Source: Bordetella parapertussis
GTDB lineage: Bacteria; Pseudomonadota; Gammaproteobacteria; Burkholderiales; SG8-39
Reading direction: 5' to 3'
Assembly (NCBI GenBank): GCA_945897475.1
Contig: CAMDFL010000004.1
Coordinates: forward strand, 1-56,030
Length of the DNA stretch: 56,030 nt
The position numbers and the translations under genes are program-made. The notes beneath the pieces are model-generated. The model was not told the DNA's origin. It saw nothing but the letters and a program-made list of their open reading frames with translations, and ran no database searches. Shown one piece after another: positions 28,264 to 36,989 of this stretch. Within the stretch, counting starts at the first letter, position 1, and the number at the start of each line of letters is the position of its first letter.

Positions 28264-28896
28264 ATGCGTTTGTCCGAGCGCGCGGTAACGGCCCTCAAGG
28301 TATTTCTGTTCGTACTGGCATTGTTGCCTTTGGCCTATCTGATTGCCGGGGCATTTTTCTTTCCCGAGTGGCTGGGTGCTAATCCTGCGGAGTACATCAC
28401 GCGGTCCGTTGGCGATTGGACCTTGCGCTTGTTGTTGCTGACCCTTGCGGTAACACCCTTGCGCAGGATCACTGGCTTGACAGGGTTGTTGCGATTGCGC
28501 CGGATGCTGGGCCTGTACACGTTTTTCTACGCGCTTTTGCACCTGTCGGCTTACGTGTCGTTCGATCACGTATTCGATGTCGCGGAAATTCTCAAGGATA
28601 TCGTCAAGCGCCCGTTCATCACGGTTGGATTTACCTGCCTGGTTTTGTTGATTCCCCTGGCGGTCACTTCGACCAATGCCATGGTGCGCAGACTCGGTGC
28701 GAAACGCTGGCAGTCACTGCACCGGCTGGTGTACCTGATCGCGCCGCTGGCGGTGCTGCATTTCTGGTGGATGGTCAAGCGCGATTTGACCGAGCCGATC
28801 GTCTACGCGTTGTTGCTCGCGTTGTTGCTCGGTTATCGTCTTTATTTCAGGGTGCGCGGTTCGGGGCCGCGTTCAACCGCGGCAGTGCGCGGCTGA
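28264..28896 (+). CDS. msrQ: Heme-binding membrane subunit of MsrPQ
   Basis: LGANP, RRMLGL..FFYA.LH, KRPFITVG, LA.TS, W..LHRLVY. Confidence 0.95.
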   Translation: MRLSERAVTALKVFLFVLALLPLAYLIAGAFFFPEWLGANPAEYITRSVGDWTLRLLLLTLAVTPLRRITGLTGLLRLRRMLGLYTFFYALLHLSAYVSFDHVFDVAEILKDIVKRPFITVGFTCLVLLIPLAVTSTNAMVRRLGAKRWQSLHRLVYLIAPLAVLHFWWMVKRDLTEPIVYALLLALLLGYRLYFRVRGSGPRSTAAVRG

Positions 28897-28917
28897 GGGT
28901 GCACGACAGCCCGAGCA

Positions 28918-31900
28918 TCACGTGATGACGGCGCTGGCCGGAGCGGCCCGGCGAATCTTAAGCAAATCGCCCGTCTCGACCAGCGAATAGGCGGCCGGCA
29001 CCACCACCAGCGTAAGCAGTGTCGAGGTAATCATCCCGCCAATCACGGCCAGCGCCAACGGGCCGTTGGTTTCCGATCCCGTGCCAAAGCCCATCGCAGC
29101 GGGCGCGAGGGCGAGAATAATCGTGAGCGATGTCATCAGCACCGGGCGCAAACGTATCGGACAGGCATCGCGTAGAGCCGCATCGGTATCCATTCCCTCC
29201 TGGCGTCTTTGATTGGTCAGGTCGACCAGCAAGATGGAGTTTTTCGCCACCAGGCCGATGAGCAAGACCAGACCGATCATCGAATAGATATTCAGGGTTT
29301 GCGGAATTGAATTGATACCCATGGCGTTTAGTCCCTGGCTCACCGGGCCCGATAGCCATAGCGCGAACACCCCGCCGATGATCGCCAACGGCACGGCAAG
29401 CATGATCACGAAAGGCTGCCGGAAAGAGTTGAACTGGCTCGCCAAAACCATGTACAGAAGGATCAAACCCACGGTGAAAGCGAACAGGATGAAGTTTTGC
29501 GTTTTGCCCAACTCCTTGGCTTCGCCGAGGAATTGCACCTGGTAGCCCGGCGGCAAAGTGGTGGCGGCGGCGCGAACTTTTTCGATGGCATCGCCCAGGG
29601 GAATGCTGGGGATGCCGTAGAAGCGCGCGGCGTACTGAAGATCGAAACGACCGATCACCGCGGGCCCCAGGACTTCCTTGAATCCGGCAACGCTATCCAG
29701 GCGGATTAATTGCTGTTGCCGGTTGCGGAGGTAGATTTTGCTTAAGTCGGCTTCCTGAGTAATTTGGCCATCCTGAGCCTTGACACGTACGAAATAACGC
29801 CTTCCATCGCTTTGCTCGTCGCTGAATTGCGCGATATCGATGCCGCCCGACATCATGCTGATGGCAAGCGCTATATCCTGGGAAGTGAGAGCCAGCGCCT
29901 GGGCGCGCGTTCTGTCGGGGGCCAGCACCAGTTGCGGCAGATCCAGTTGAAGATCGGTGTCGAGGCGCCCGATGGCGGGATCGGCCTGAAGCGCTTGCTG
30001 CAGTCGCAGCGCCTGTGCGCCCATCTCCTTGAGGTTGGGGCCGCTCACCACAAACTGCAGCGACTCGGTGCGCTCGCCTTGAACCAGGCCGAAAGCTCGG
30101 GCAAATACGCGCGCGCCAGCAATTTGCTGCACATCGCGGCGAACCGCTGTGAGGATTTGCTGTTGAGAGCGCTTGCGTTCCGCGAGCGGTTTCAAGCGCA
30201 CCACGACGTTGCCGTTGCTCACCTGTCCCGATCCGCCGAATCCGATCACCGCCAGGGTATTGTCGATCTCGGGGACATTGGCGAGAATGGCCTCGATCTC
30301 TTTGATCTTGCGCTCCGAATAGCTGATGTTGGAACCCAAGGGCGCGCGAAACGCGATCACGAAGCGGCCTTCGTCCTGCTGCGGCGCCAGTTCCTTGCCG
30401 ACGTTTTGAAAAAAGTAGACGCTTGATGCCACCACCGCAAGAGTGATGAAAAGCACCGTCCAACGGTGTTTCAAGGACTTGTCGAGGAAGTACCGGTAGG
30501 TGCGCTCCATGGCATCCAACCTTCGATCCAGCCAACGATGCACCACGCCATGCTGGTCCTCCACTTTGAGAAAGCGTGAGCAAAGCATGGGCGTGAGCGT
30601 CATCGAAACGAACCAGGACACCAGCACGCCGAAGGTCACCACCACCGCGAACGACTTGAAAAACTGGCCGATGATGCCGCCGATGAAAACCACCGGTGCG
30701 AAAATACAGACCAAGGACAGCGTTGCCGCGAGTACCGCGAAAGTCACCTCCCGGCTGCCGTCAAGCGCCGCTGAAACCGGGTCGGAGTTGAGAGTTTCGC
30801 GATGTCGGAACACGTTCTCAAGGACAACGATCGAGTCGTCGACCACCACGCCGATCAACAAGAGCAACGCAAGCATGGTGACTGAATTGAAGGTGTAGCC
30901 AAAAAAGTAAATCACTGCTACCGCGCCAAGCAGGGAAACCGGAATGGTGGTGGCGATGATCAAGGTAGAGCGAAAGCTTCGCAGAAACAAGAGCACCACC
31001 AGCGCCGCCAGCAAGGTTCCTTCGATCAAATGTTCCTTTAAGGAATTAACAATGTCGCGAATCAATATCGCGTCGTTGGCGGCAACCTCAATCTTCAGTC
31101 CCGGAGGCAGGTTGGGTATGATTTCATCGTTCAGGCGCTTCAGTATTTCGTCGGCGATTTGCACCGTATTGGTGTTGGGAATTTTGATGATGCCCAGGCT
31201 TACCGCCATCTGGCCCTTGTAGCGGGAAAGCTGGCGGTTATCGGCCAGGCCGTCTTCGATCACGGCAATATCCCGGAGGCGAATCGGGGCGCCCTCGCGG
31301 TAGCCGACGATCATCTTCTCCAAATCTTCAATTTTGTGGAATTCAAGGTCCAGCTTCACCAACTGCTCGGTGGTTTGGCCGGTCAGAAAGCCGCCTGACA
31401 TTTGTAGATGCTCGCGCGAGAAGGCTTCGCTGATATCCTGCGCGGCAACCGAGAAAGCGGCCATCTTGGAGGGGATTAGATTGACGCGAATGGTGCGCTC
31501 GCGCTGACCGCCGATGCGAACCTCGCCGACCCCGTCTATGGTCTCAAGAAGTTTTTTCAGCGTGTTGGAGGCGTATTGATTTAACTGCTGCTGGGTACGG
31601 TCGCCAGAGAGCGCTATCCAGAACATCGGCTGCGCATTGGTCTCTAACTTGGCCACCACCGGCGGGTCGGCATCCCTGGGCAGTCGTCGCAACACCTGAT
31701 TGACCTTGGCCTGAACCTCATTGAACGCGACATCAATGCGCTTCTCCAGATTGAAGGTAATGTTGATGCGCGACACCCCGGGACTCGAGGTGGATTGAAT
31801 GTCCTCGATGCCCGGTATGCCGTTGATGGCGGTTTCCAGCAAACTGGTGATGCCGGCGTCGATGATTTCCGGATTGCCGCCACGCAGATTGGTTTGCACC

Positions 31901-32037
31901 GAAATCACAGGAAACTCGATGTAGGGCAGGCGGTCCATGCCGATGCGCTGATAGCTAATGTAACCGAACAGAACCAGCACGGCGCTCAACATGACGGCGA
32001 GAACATGGCGTTTAATGGATAGCTCAGGCAGTGTCAT
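28918..32037 (-). CDS. RND efflux transporter permease (AcrB/AcrD/AcrF family)
   Basis: 1039 aa, IGVVVDDSIVVLENVFRH, GLVAKNSILLVD, RLRPVLMTSLT. Confidence 0.95.
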   Translation of the reverse strand: MTLPELSIKRHVLAVMLSAVLVLFGYISYQRIGMDRLPYIEFPVISVQTNLRGGNPEIIDAGITSLLETAINGIPGIEDIQSTSSPGVSRINITFNLEKRIDVAFNEVQAKVNQVLRRLPRDADPPVVAKLETNAQPMFWIALSGDRTQQQLNQYASNTLKKLLETIDGVGEVRIGGQRERTIRVNLIPSKMAAFSVAAQDISEAFSREHLQMSGGFLTGQTTEQLVKLDLEFHKIEDLEKMIVGYREGAPIRLRDIAVIEDGLADNRQLSRYKGQMAVSLGIIKIPNTNTVQIADEILKRLNDEIIPNLPPGLKIEVAANDAILIRDIVNSLKEHLIEGTLLAALVVLLFLRSFRSTLIIATTIPVSLLGAVAVIYFFGYTFNSVTMLALLLLIGVVVDDSIVVLENVFRHRETLNSDPVSAALDGSREVTFAVLAATLSLVCIFAPVVFIGGIIGQFFKSFAVVVTFGVLVSWFVSMTLTPMLCSRFLKVEDQHGVVHRWLDRRLDAMERTYRYFLDKSLKHRWTVLFITLAVVASSVYFFQNVGKELAPQQDEGRFVIAFRAPLGSNISYSERKIKEIEAILANVPEIDNTLAVIGFGGSGQVSNGNVVVRLKPLAERKRSQQQILTAVRRDVQQIAGARVFARAFGLVQGERTESLQFVVSGPNLKEMGAQALRLQQALQADPAIGRLDTDLQLDLPQLVLAPDRTRAQALALTSQDIALAISMMSGGIDIAQFSDEQSDGRRYFVRVKAQDGQITQEADLSKIYLRNRQQQLIRLDSVAGFKEVLGPAVIGRFDLQYAARFYGIPSIPLGDAIEKVRAAATTLPPGYQVQFLGEAKELGKTQNFILFAFTVGLILLYMVLASQFNSFRQPFVIMLAVPLAIIGGVFALWLSGPVSQGLNAMGINSIPQTLNIYSMIGLVLLIGLVAKNSILLVDLTNQRRQEGMDTDAALRDACPIRLRPVLMTSLTIILALAPAAMGFGTGSETNGPLALAVIGGMITSTLLTLVVVPAAYSLVETGDLLKIRRAAPASAVIT

Positions 32038-32205
32038 GACCGTGCTCCAATCGAGTGTAGGCGTTCAAAAAAATATCCATGTGTTGCTGCAAATGGTGCC
32101 ATTCGCGCCAGTCAATAAGCAGCAAACGTAAATAATCAGCAAGCGGCAGAAATAATTTCATACTTTTGTATGTGATCCAATAGGAAGTACGTGCCATTTA
32201 GCCTA

Positions 32206-33471
32206 TTATTTATTCTCTACTTTGGATGAGTCTTGTTTGCCGGATTGGCCTTTGCCGCCGACTCGCTTGTCGGCGACTTCCTCGGTACCCGCGCCCTTCT
32301 CGGCCTTTGCTTCAGCGGAATCACCGCCGCTATTTGCACCCTTACCATCGCCACCCTTGCCTCCGCCGCCTTTGCCACCGCCGCCTTTTCCGGCCCTGGC
32401 CCCGGGCAGTGAGACATTGGCATTGTTGGTAAGAAACCCGGCGCCATCAAGGGCGATAGTTTCCCCGCCCGAGAGTCCCGAAACGATCTCGATTTTGCCG
32501 TCCTTGCGCGAACCTGTTTCAACAATCTTCTGTTGCGCCTTGCCCTCGGCGACGAGGTAGACCACTTTGCCTGCCGGCCGCAGCACCACGCTTTGTTCCG
32601 GGACGGTAACGACATTGTCCTTGATGGCGCTGACCACCTGGGCGTTGACTGAGCCGCCGCCCACCAGCGAACCGTCGTTGGCGAATACCACGATGGCATC
32701 CAGCGAGCGGCTGGTCGCGGTGATGCTGGGGCGCAATTCGCTGATCCGCGACTCAAACACTTTTCCTGGCGCCAACGGGGAAGACAGGCGCACCGCCATG
32801 CCAACCTTGATGCGGGTCGAGGCGCCCTCGGGAAATGGCAGGCGCGCGCGCAGTTGCTGCGTGCCCACGATGCGGAACATGGGGTCGCCCAACTTGACGT
32901 AATCGCCCTGGGCGACTAGGCGTTGTTCGATTCGGCCATCAATGGGCGCGAGGACCAGGGTCTTGCGCAGCGAATTGCGGCTGGCTTCCAAACGGGTCTT
33001 CGCGGAAACCACCTGTTGCAGCAGCGCATTGCGCTGTGCAGTGGTGTCGTCGAGCGCCGTCTGCGATAAAAAATTCTGCTTAACCAGCTGCGCCTGACGC
33101 TCGACGATACGTTCCTGGTTGGCGAGCAGGGTTTCCAGACGGGCGATTTCGGCTTCGTCGGCGCGCCCTTGAATCTGCTGGTCGCTGGAATCAATCTCGG
33201 CGAGCAAAGCGCCGCGTTTGAACTGCATGCCGGGCTCGGCGAGCATGCGTTGAACGCGGCCGGCGACCTCGGCGCCGACACGCGGATCGTATAGATTCTC
33301 CAAAAGGCCTATCGTGTCCTCGGTAATCTCCACCTTGCCAATCTCGGCTTTGGCCACCGTAATCAGCGTCGCCGGAGGGCCGGATTTCGCGGGCGCGGCG
33401 CGATTCTGTTCCTGGCTGCAAGCGGCAAGGATGGCTGCAATACCGGCCGCAAAGAGTAATCTGATGACCAT
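32206..33471 (-). CDS. RND periplasmic adaptor (MFP) lipoprotein with Gly/Lys-rich tail
   Basis: LAAC lipobox, V.AEVAGRV, APIDGRI..GDYV..GD.., VPEQSVV; C-terminal GKGGG repeats. Confidence 0.92.
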   Translation of the reverse strand: MVIRLLFAAGIAAILAACSQEQNRAAPAKSGPPATLITVAKAEIGKVEITEDTIGLLENLYDPRVGAEVAGRVQRMLAEPGMQFKRGALLAEIDSSDQQIQGRADEAEIARLETLLANQERIVERQAQLVKQNFLSQTALDDTTAQRNALLQQVVSAKTRLEASRNSLRKTLVLAPIDGRIEQRLVAQGDYVKLGDPMFRIVGTQQLRARLPFPEGASTRIKVGMAVRLSSPLAPGKVFESRISELRPSITATSRSLDAIVVFANDGSLVGGGSVNAQVVSAIKDNVVTVPEQSVVLRPAGKVVYLVAEGKAQQKIVETGSRKDGKIEIVSGLSGGETIALDGAGFLTNNANVSLPGARAGKGGGGKGGGGKGGDGKGANSGGDSAEAKAEKGAGTEEVADKRVGGKGQSGKQDSSKVENK

Positions 33472-33978
33472 TTTGTTTCTTGTGGGTTAAGTGTTGACAG
33501 TTCTGGCATAGAACCAGGGTTCGTATGCGTCCCGCCGATTTGTAAAGTTGCACTTTTGCAACTTTCCAAATCGGCGGGAAAGGTGGCCTCAATGACATCC
33601 TGTTTGGTTCCCGCTCTGTCGGCTTAAGGATGACAAATTTGGCAAGTGCGCACGCTAGCAGTGGTACTCGTACAGGTCAAGCGACATACCGTCCGCGGAC
33701 GATTATCGAAATTGCAAGTAAGACGGCGGCGTATTGGCACTGTCGAATCCCGCCGAGCGCTTGGTGTTCTCGGTGATCGCCGCCATTTCCTGGCGTGAAA
33801 TCACGTCTTTGCCCTGCTTGCAGCCGTCAGGTGCGCGGTTCTCGACGATTTGCATCGCGCGTGTCGGTCTCAATTCGCGATTCGTCAAGGTAATCTGCCT
33901 GATCGGCTTGAGCGTAGGGTTTCATGGTTTTTCAGCGCCGCTTCGACCGTGGGTTCGGTGAGTAAGGCTTGCTCCTAG

Positions 33979-34070
33979 GCTTCGGCGTGGGAACTCGGCC
34001 TCAAATGGCGAAAAGGCAAGATCAACCTGCAACCGGGCCGCGAAGTGCAACAGGCACTGCGCGACGACTT
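33979..34070 (+). pseudogene. Possible internal fragment of a PIN/VapC toxin
   Basis: In-frame ASAWELGLKWRKGKINL after a stop resembles the S-x-A-S-x-W-E-x-x-x-K-x-x-x-G-K-L motif of VapC toxins. Confidence 0.4.
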
Positions 34071-34241
34071 GTCGCTCTATATCGGTGGCGAAACCATCTT
34101 CTGCGAGAAATGGCTCCCTGGCCGCGCCGACGGTGAACCGGTTCCGTGGGGCGCGCTCGATCGCACGGCGCTGATCGCGCAGAGGGTTGCGCCGGTTTTC
34201 TGCGGCGTGGAGCGGTACCTGCTGTGGGAGCCGCTCGCTCC

Positions 34242-34270
34242 TTGACTTACTAGGTAAGCCAATTTAGGAT
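34242..34270 (+). promoter_or_regulatory. sigma70 promoter with palindromic TA operator
   Basis: TTGACT-N17-TAGGAT with inverted repeat CTTAC-TAG-GTAAG (34246-34258) overlapping it. Confidence 0.7.
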
Positions 34271-34300
34271 GAGGCTTGTTCGCCTTCATTGGAAACCGCT

Positions 34301-34564
34301 ATGTCCACACTCTTAGTCTCCTCGAAAGGCCAAATCGTGTTGCCCGCCGCATTGCGGCGCCGACTAGGCATGGGGGCGGGCGCGAGGCTTGATGTGATCG
34401 AAGAGTCAGATGGCCTTAAGCTGCGTGTTGTCCGGTCGGTGGCGACGGCGGACTTGACCTCGATGGCGGGCATGGTGAAGGCTCGAGCGCGGGGTGTGCC
34501 GCGCAGGCTGGAGGACTTTGATCCTGCGTCGATGCTCAAGCATTCGGGCGGCGGCAAGCGATGA
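34301..34564 (+). CDS. AbrB/MazE/SpoVT-family antitoxin
   Basis: VSSKGQIVLPAALRRRLG..G..L; stop overlaps toxin start. Confidence 0.92.
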   Translation: MSTLLVSSKGQIVLPAALRRRLGMGAGARLDVIEESDGLKLRVVRSVATADLTSMAGMVKARARGVPRRLEDFDPASMLKHSGGGKR

Positions 34565-34968
34565 GGGCGCTGGACACGAACGTTCTAGCCCGGTTTTTCA
34601 TCGACGATCCCGACGATAAAGAGGCTGCCAAGCAGCGGCCTGCCGCTATCGCAGCGCTCTCCGAACGATCCTTCGTCTCGGTGACGGTATTAATGGAGTT
34701 GGAATGGGTGATGCGCGGGTTCTATGAACTGCCACCGAAGGCGATTTCCCGCGTGTTGCGCGCGCTGGCCGGCATCGAGCATGTCACCATCGAGTATCGT
34801 GATGCGGTTCAGGCGGCGCTCGATGCCTTCGATGACGGCCTTGATTTTGCCGATGCGCTGCACATTGCGCGCAGTTCGCGCGCGTCCGGATTCGCGACGT
34901 TTGATCAACGTTTGGCGAAGCGTGCCAAGGGGTTGGGGCTTTTGCCATCGGTTGAGTTACTCGTCTGA
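34561..34968 (+). CDS. vapC: PIN-domain VapC toxin
   Basis: ALDTNVLAR, E.EWV, DFADALH, ATFD. Confidence 0.92.
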   Translation: MRALDTNVLARFFIDDPDDKEAAKQRPAAIAALSERSFVSVTVLMELEWVMRGFYELPPKAISRVLRALAGIEHVTIEYRDAVQAALDAFDDGLDFADALHIARSSRASGFATFDQRLAKRAKGLGLLPSVELLV

Positions 34969-35152
34969 CACGTCCTGGTTCTCCGCCAAGTCATCGTCGA
35001 GGCATCCACGCCGCCACTGCAAATTGAACAAAGGGAGCGATACCGGCGCCGATGCAGTAGGTGGCGTCCGGCTGGTTTTCGTCCGATTCTTTTCGACTGG
35101 CTCGATCTTGAACCTCACGCGAGACGCGGTTTGGCTTTCCTATAAATTTGGT

Positions 35153-36397
35153 TCAAGAGATCAAGCGCTCGGAGGAATACAGACTCTCAATGGTTTCGCG
35201 CGGCCTGACCAGGTGCGCCTCGCGGCCGTCAACGATTACCTCTGCAATACGCGGGCGGCTGTTGTAATTGGAACTCATGCTCATGCCGTAGGCGCCTGCT
35301 GACATCAAGGCGAGCAGATCACCAGGCGCGATGGCGAGCTGGCGTTCGCGCGCCAGCCAGTCGCCTGATTCGCACACGGGCCCCACCACATCGTAGCTGC
35401 GAACAGGAGCGTCGCGGGGCGCCACCGGCAGGACTTGGTGCCATGCCTCATAGAGCGCTGGCCGCATCAGGTCATTCATGGCGGCATCGACAATGGCAAA
35501 ATTTTTGTCGGAGCTGGTTTTCAAATACTCGACACGAGTGAGCAGGATGCCGGCATTGCCAACTATTGAGCGACCGGGTTCAAGCAGGATTCGCTGGCGA
35601 CGATCGCCCAAGCGCGCGAACAATGCTTGCAGATATTTATCGACTTCCGGGGGTGTTTCGTCGTTATAGCGGATACCCAATCCGCCACCCAGATCGATAT
35701 GCTCAAGTGGCACACCGGTCGCATCCAGCGTATCAACGAACTCCAGTATCTTGTCCAGCGCCGCCACGAAGGGCGCGATCTGGGTGAGTTGCGAGCCAAT
35801 ATGGAAATCAATCCCGGTCACTTTGATCCCGGTAAGTGCGGCGGCTTTGCGATATAGCCTGGGCGCCTCGTCATAGGCGACCCCAAATTTGTTCTCTTTA
35901 AGACCTGTGGATATATAGGGATGAGTTTGTGCGTCTACGTCAGGATTGACTCTAAGCGACACCGGGGCGCGCTTTCCCATGGATAGCGCCACAGCATTGA
36001 GTCGCTCCAACTCGCCTTCCGATTCGACGTTAAAACAGAGAATTCCGGTTGCCAGGGCCTGGCGCATCTCCGCTTCTGTCTTGCCCACGCCGGAGAATAG
36101 AATTTTCGCAGGATCTCCGCCGGCGGCGAGGACTCGAGCCAACTCCCCCCCGGAAACAATGTCAAAACCGGAACCCATACGCGCGAGCAGATTGAGAACG
36201 CCCAAATTCGAGTTGGCTTTTACCGCGTAGCAAATTAAGGCACTGCGCCCGGCACATGTTAATTCATAGTGGCGATAGGCAGCCTCGACCGCGTTCCTGG
36301 AATACACGTAGCATGGGGTGCCGAACTCGCGAGCGATGAATTCAAGGGAAACAGACTCAGCGTGCAATACGCCGCCAATCAAAGGAAAGGCGCTCAT
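35153..36397 (-). CDS. lysA: Diaminopimelate decarboxylase
   Basis: FGTPCYVYS, YAVKANSN, HIGSQ, DLGGG, EPGRSI, GPVCESGD, GAYGMSMSSNYNSR. Confidence 0.97.
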   Translation of the reverse strand: MSAFPLIGGVLHAESVSLEFIAREFGTPCYVYSRNAVEAAYRHYELTCAGRSALICYAVKANSNLGVLNLLARMGSGFDIVSGGELARVLAAGGDPAKILFSGVGKTEAEMRQALATGILCFNVESEGELERLNAVALSMGKRAPVSLRVNPDVDAQTHPYISTGLKENKFGVAYDEAPRLYRKAAALTGIKVTGIDFHIGSQLTQIAPFVAALDKILEFVDTLDATGVPLEHIDLGGGLGIRYNDETPPEVDKYLQALFARLGDRRQRILLEPGRSIVGNAGILLTRVEYLKTSSDKNFAIVDAAMNDLMRPALYEAWHQVLPVAPRDAPVRSYDVVGPVCESGDWLARERQLAIAPGDLLALMSAGAYGMSMSSNYNSRPRIAEVIVDGREAHLVRPRETIESLYSSERLIS

Positions 36398-36516
36398 CGC
36401 CGTGGGGTAATATCGGCAGAAGGCTTTTGATCGGGTCCAGGAAGGTAAAGTGGTCCCCTTGTCCCACATCCGGCGAGGACCAACAGGGCAAGCATTATTG
36501 CCGCGATACGAAGCAT
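36394..36516 (-). CDS. lptM: Small lipoprotein LptM/YifL (absent from the ORF track)
   Basis: MLRIAAIMLALLVLAGCGTRGPLYLPGPDQKPSADITPRR*: lipobox plus CGxxGPLYLP; conserved position between cyaY and lysA. Confidence 0.9.
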   Translation of the reverse strand: MLRIAAIMLALLVLAGCGTRGPLYLPGPDQKPSADITPRR

Positions 36517-36558
36517 GATTGAGTCTGAATTTTGAATGAAAGTTATCTTAGCACGCGT

Positions 36559-36873
36559 ATGAATGAGACCGAATTCATCACTCTATCCAATAGGATACTT
36601 GAAAATATTGCGGCGTCGATCGATAGGGTTGATCTTGATATCGATTGCAGCTTTAAAGGGGAGGGAATTCTCGAGATTGAGTTCGATGATGGCACGAAAT
36701 TGATTATCAACAGGAATTCACCGGTCCAGGAAATATGGGTGGCTGCGCCTTCGGGCGGGTTTCATTTTCGCGCCGAGGGTGAGCGCTGGGTGGATACGCG
36801 AGATGGCGTTGAACTTGGGATCAGGGTATCAGGCTTGTTGAAAGATTTTGTAGGACGCGACATTTCTATTTAG
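36559..36873 (+). CDS. cyaY: Iron donor protein CyaY (frataxin)
   Basis: MNETEF, GILEIEF.DG...IINR..P..EIWVAA..GGFHF, W.DTR.G. Confidence 0.93.
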   Translation: MNETEFITLSNRILENIAASIDRVDLDIDCSFKGEGILEIEFDDGTKLIINRNSPVQEIWVAAPSGGFHFRAEGERWVDTRDGVELGIRVSGLLKDFVGRDISI

Positions 36874-36909
36874 ACCGCTCTGATACTTACTGGACCGCTC
36901 TGATACTTA
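36873..36909 (+). repeat. Perfect 17-bp direct repeat, 20-bp period
   Basis: GACCGCTCTGATACTTA at 36873-36889 and 36893-36909. Confidence 0.85.
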
Positions 36910-36989
36910 TTTAGTCGCCAGTTCAGCCTTCGAATAGTGTCCCCGAAACTAGCCCCCCTCTAGGTGCGACGAGTCACTCCGGCGCGAGT

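Noticed and set aside
32085-32198. sigma54 promoters at TGGCAC motifs in the RND gap
   Set aside because: GG-N10-GC spacing is not satisfied for either motif
33703-33925. Short minus-strand ORF ending ...PPSYLQFR
   Set aside because: No proper start or RBS and no recognisable family; could be a remnant but cannot be supported
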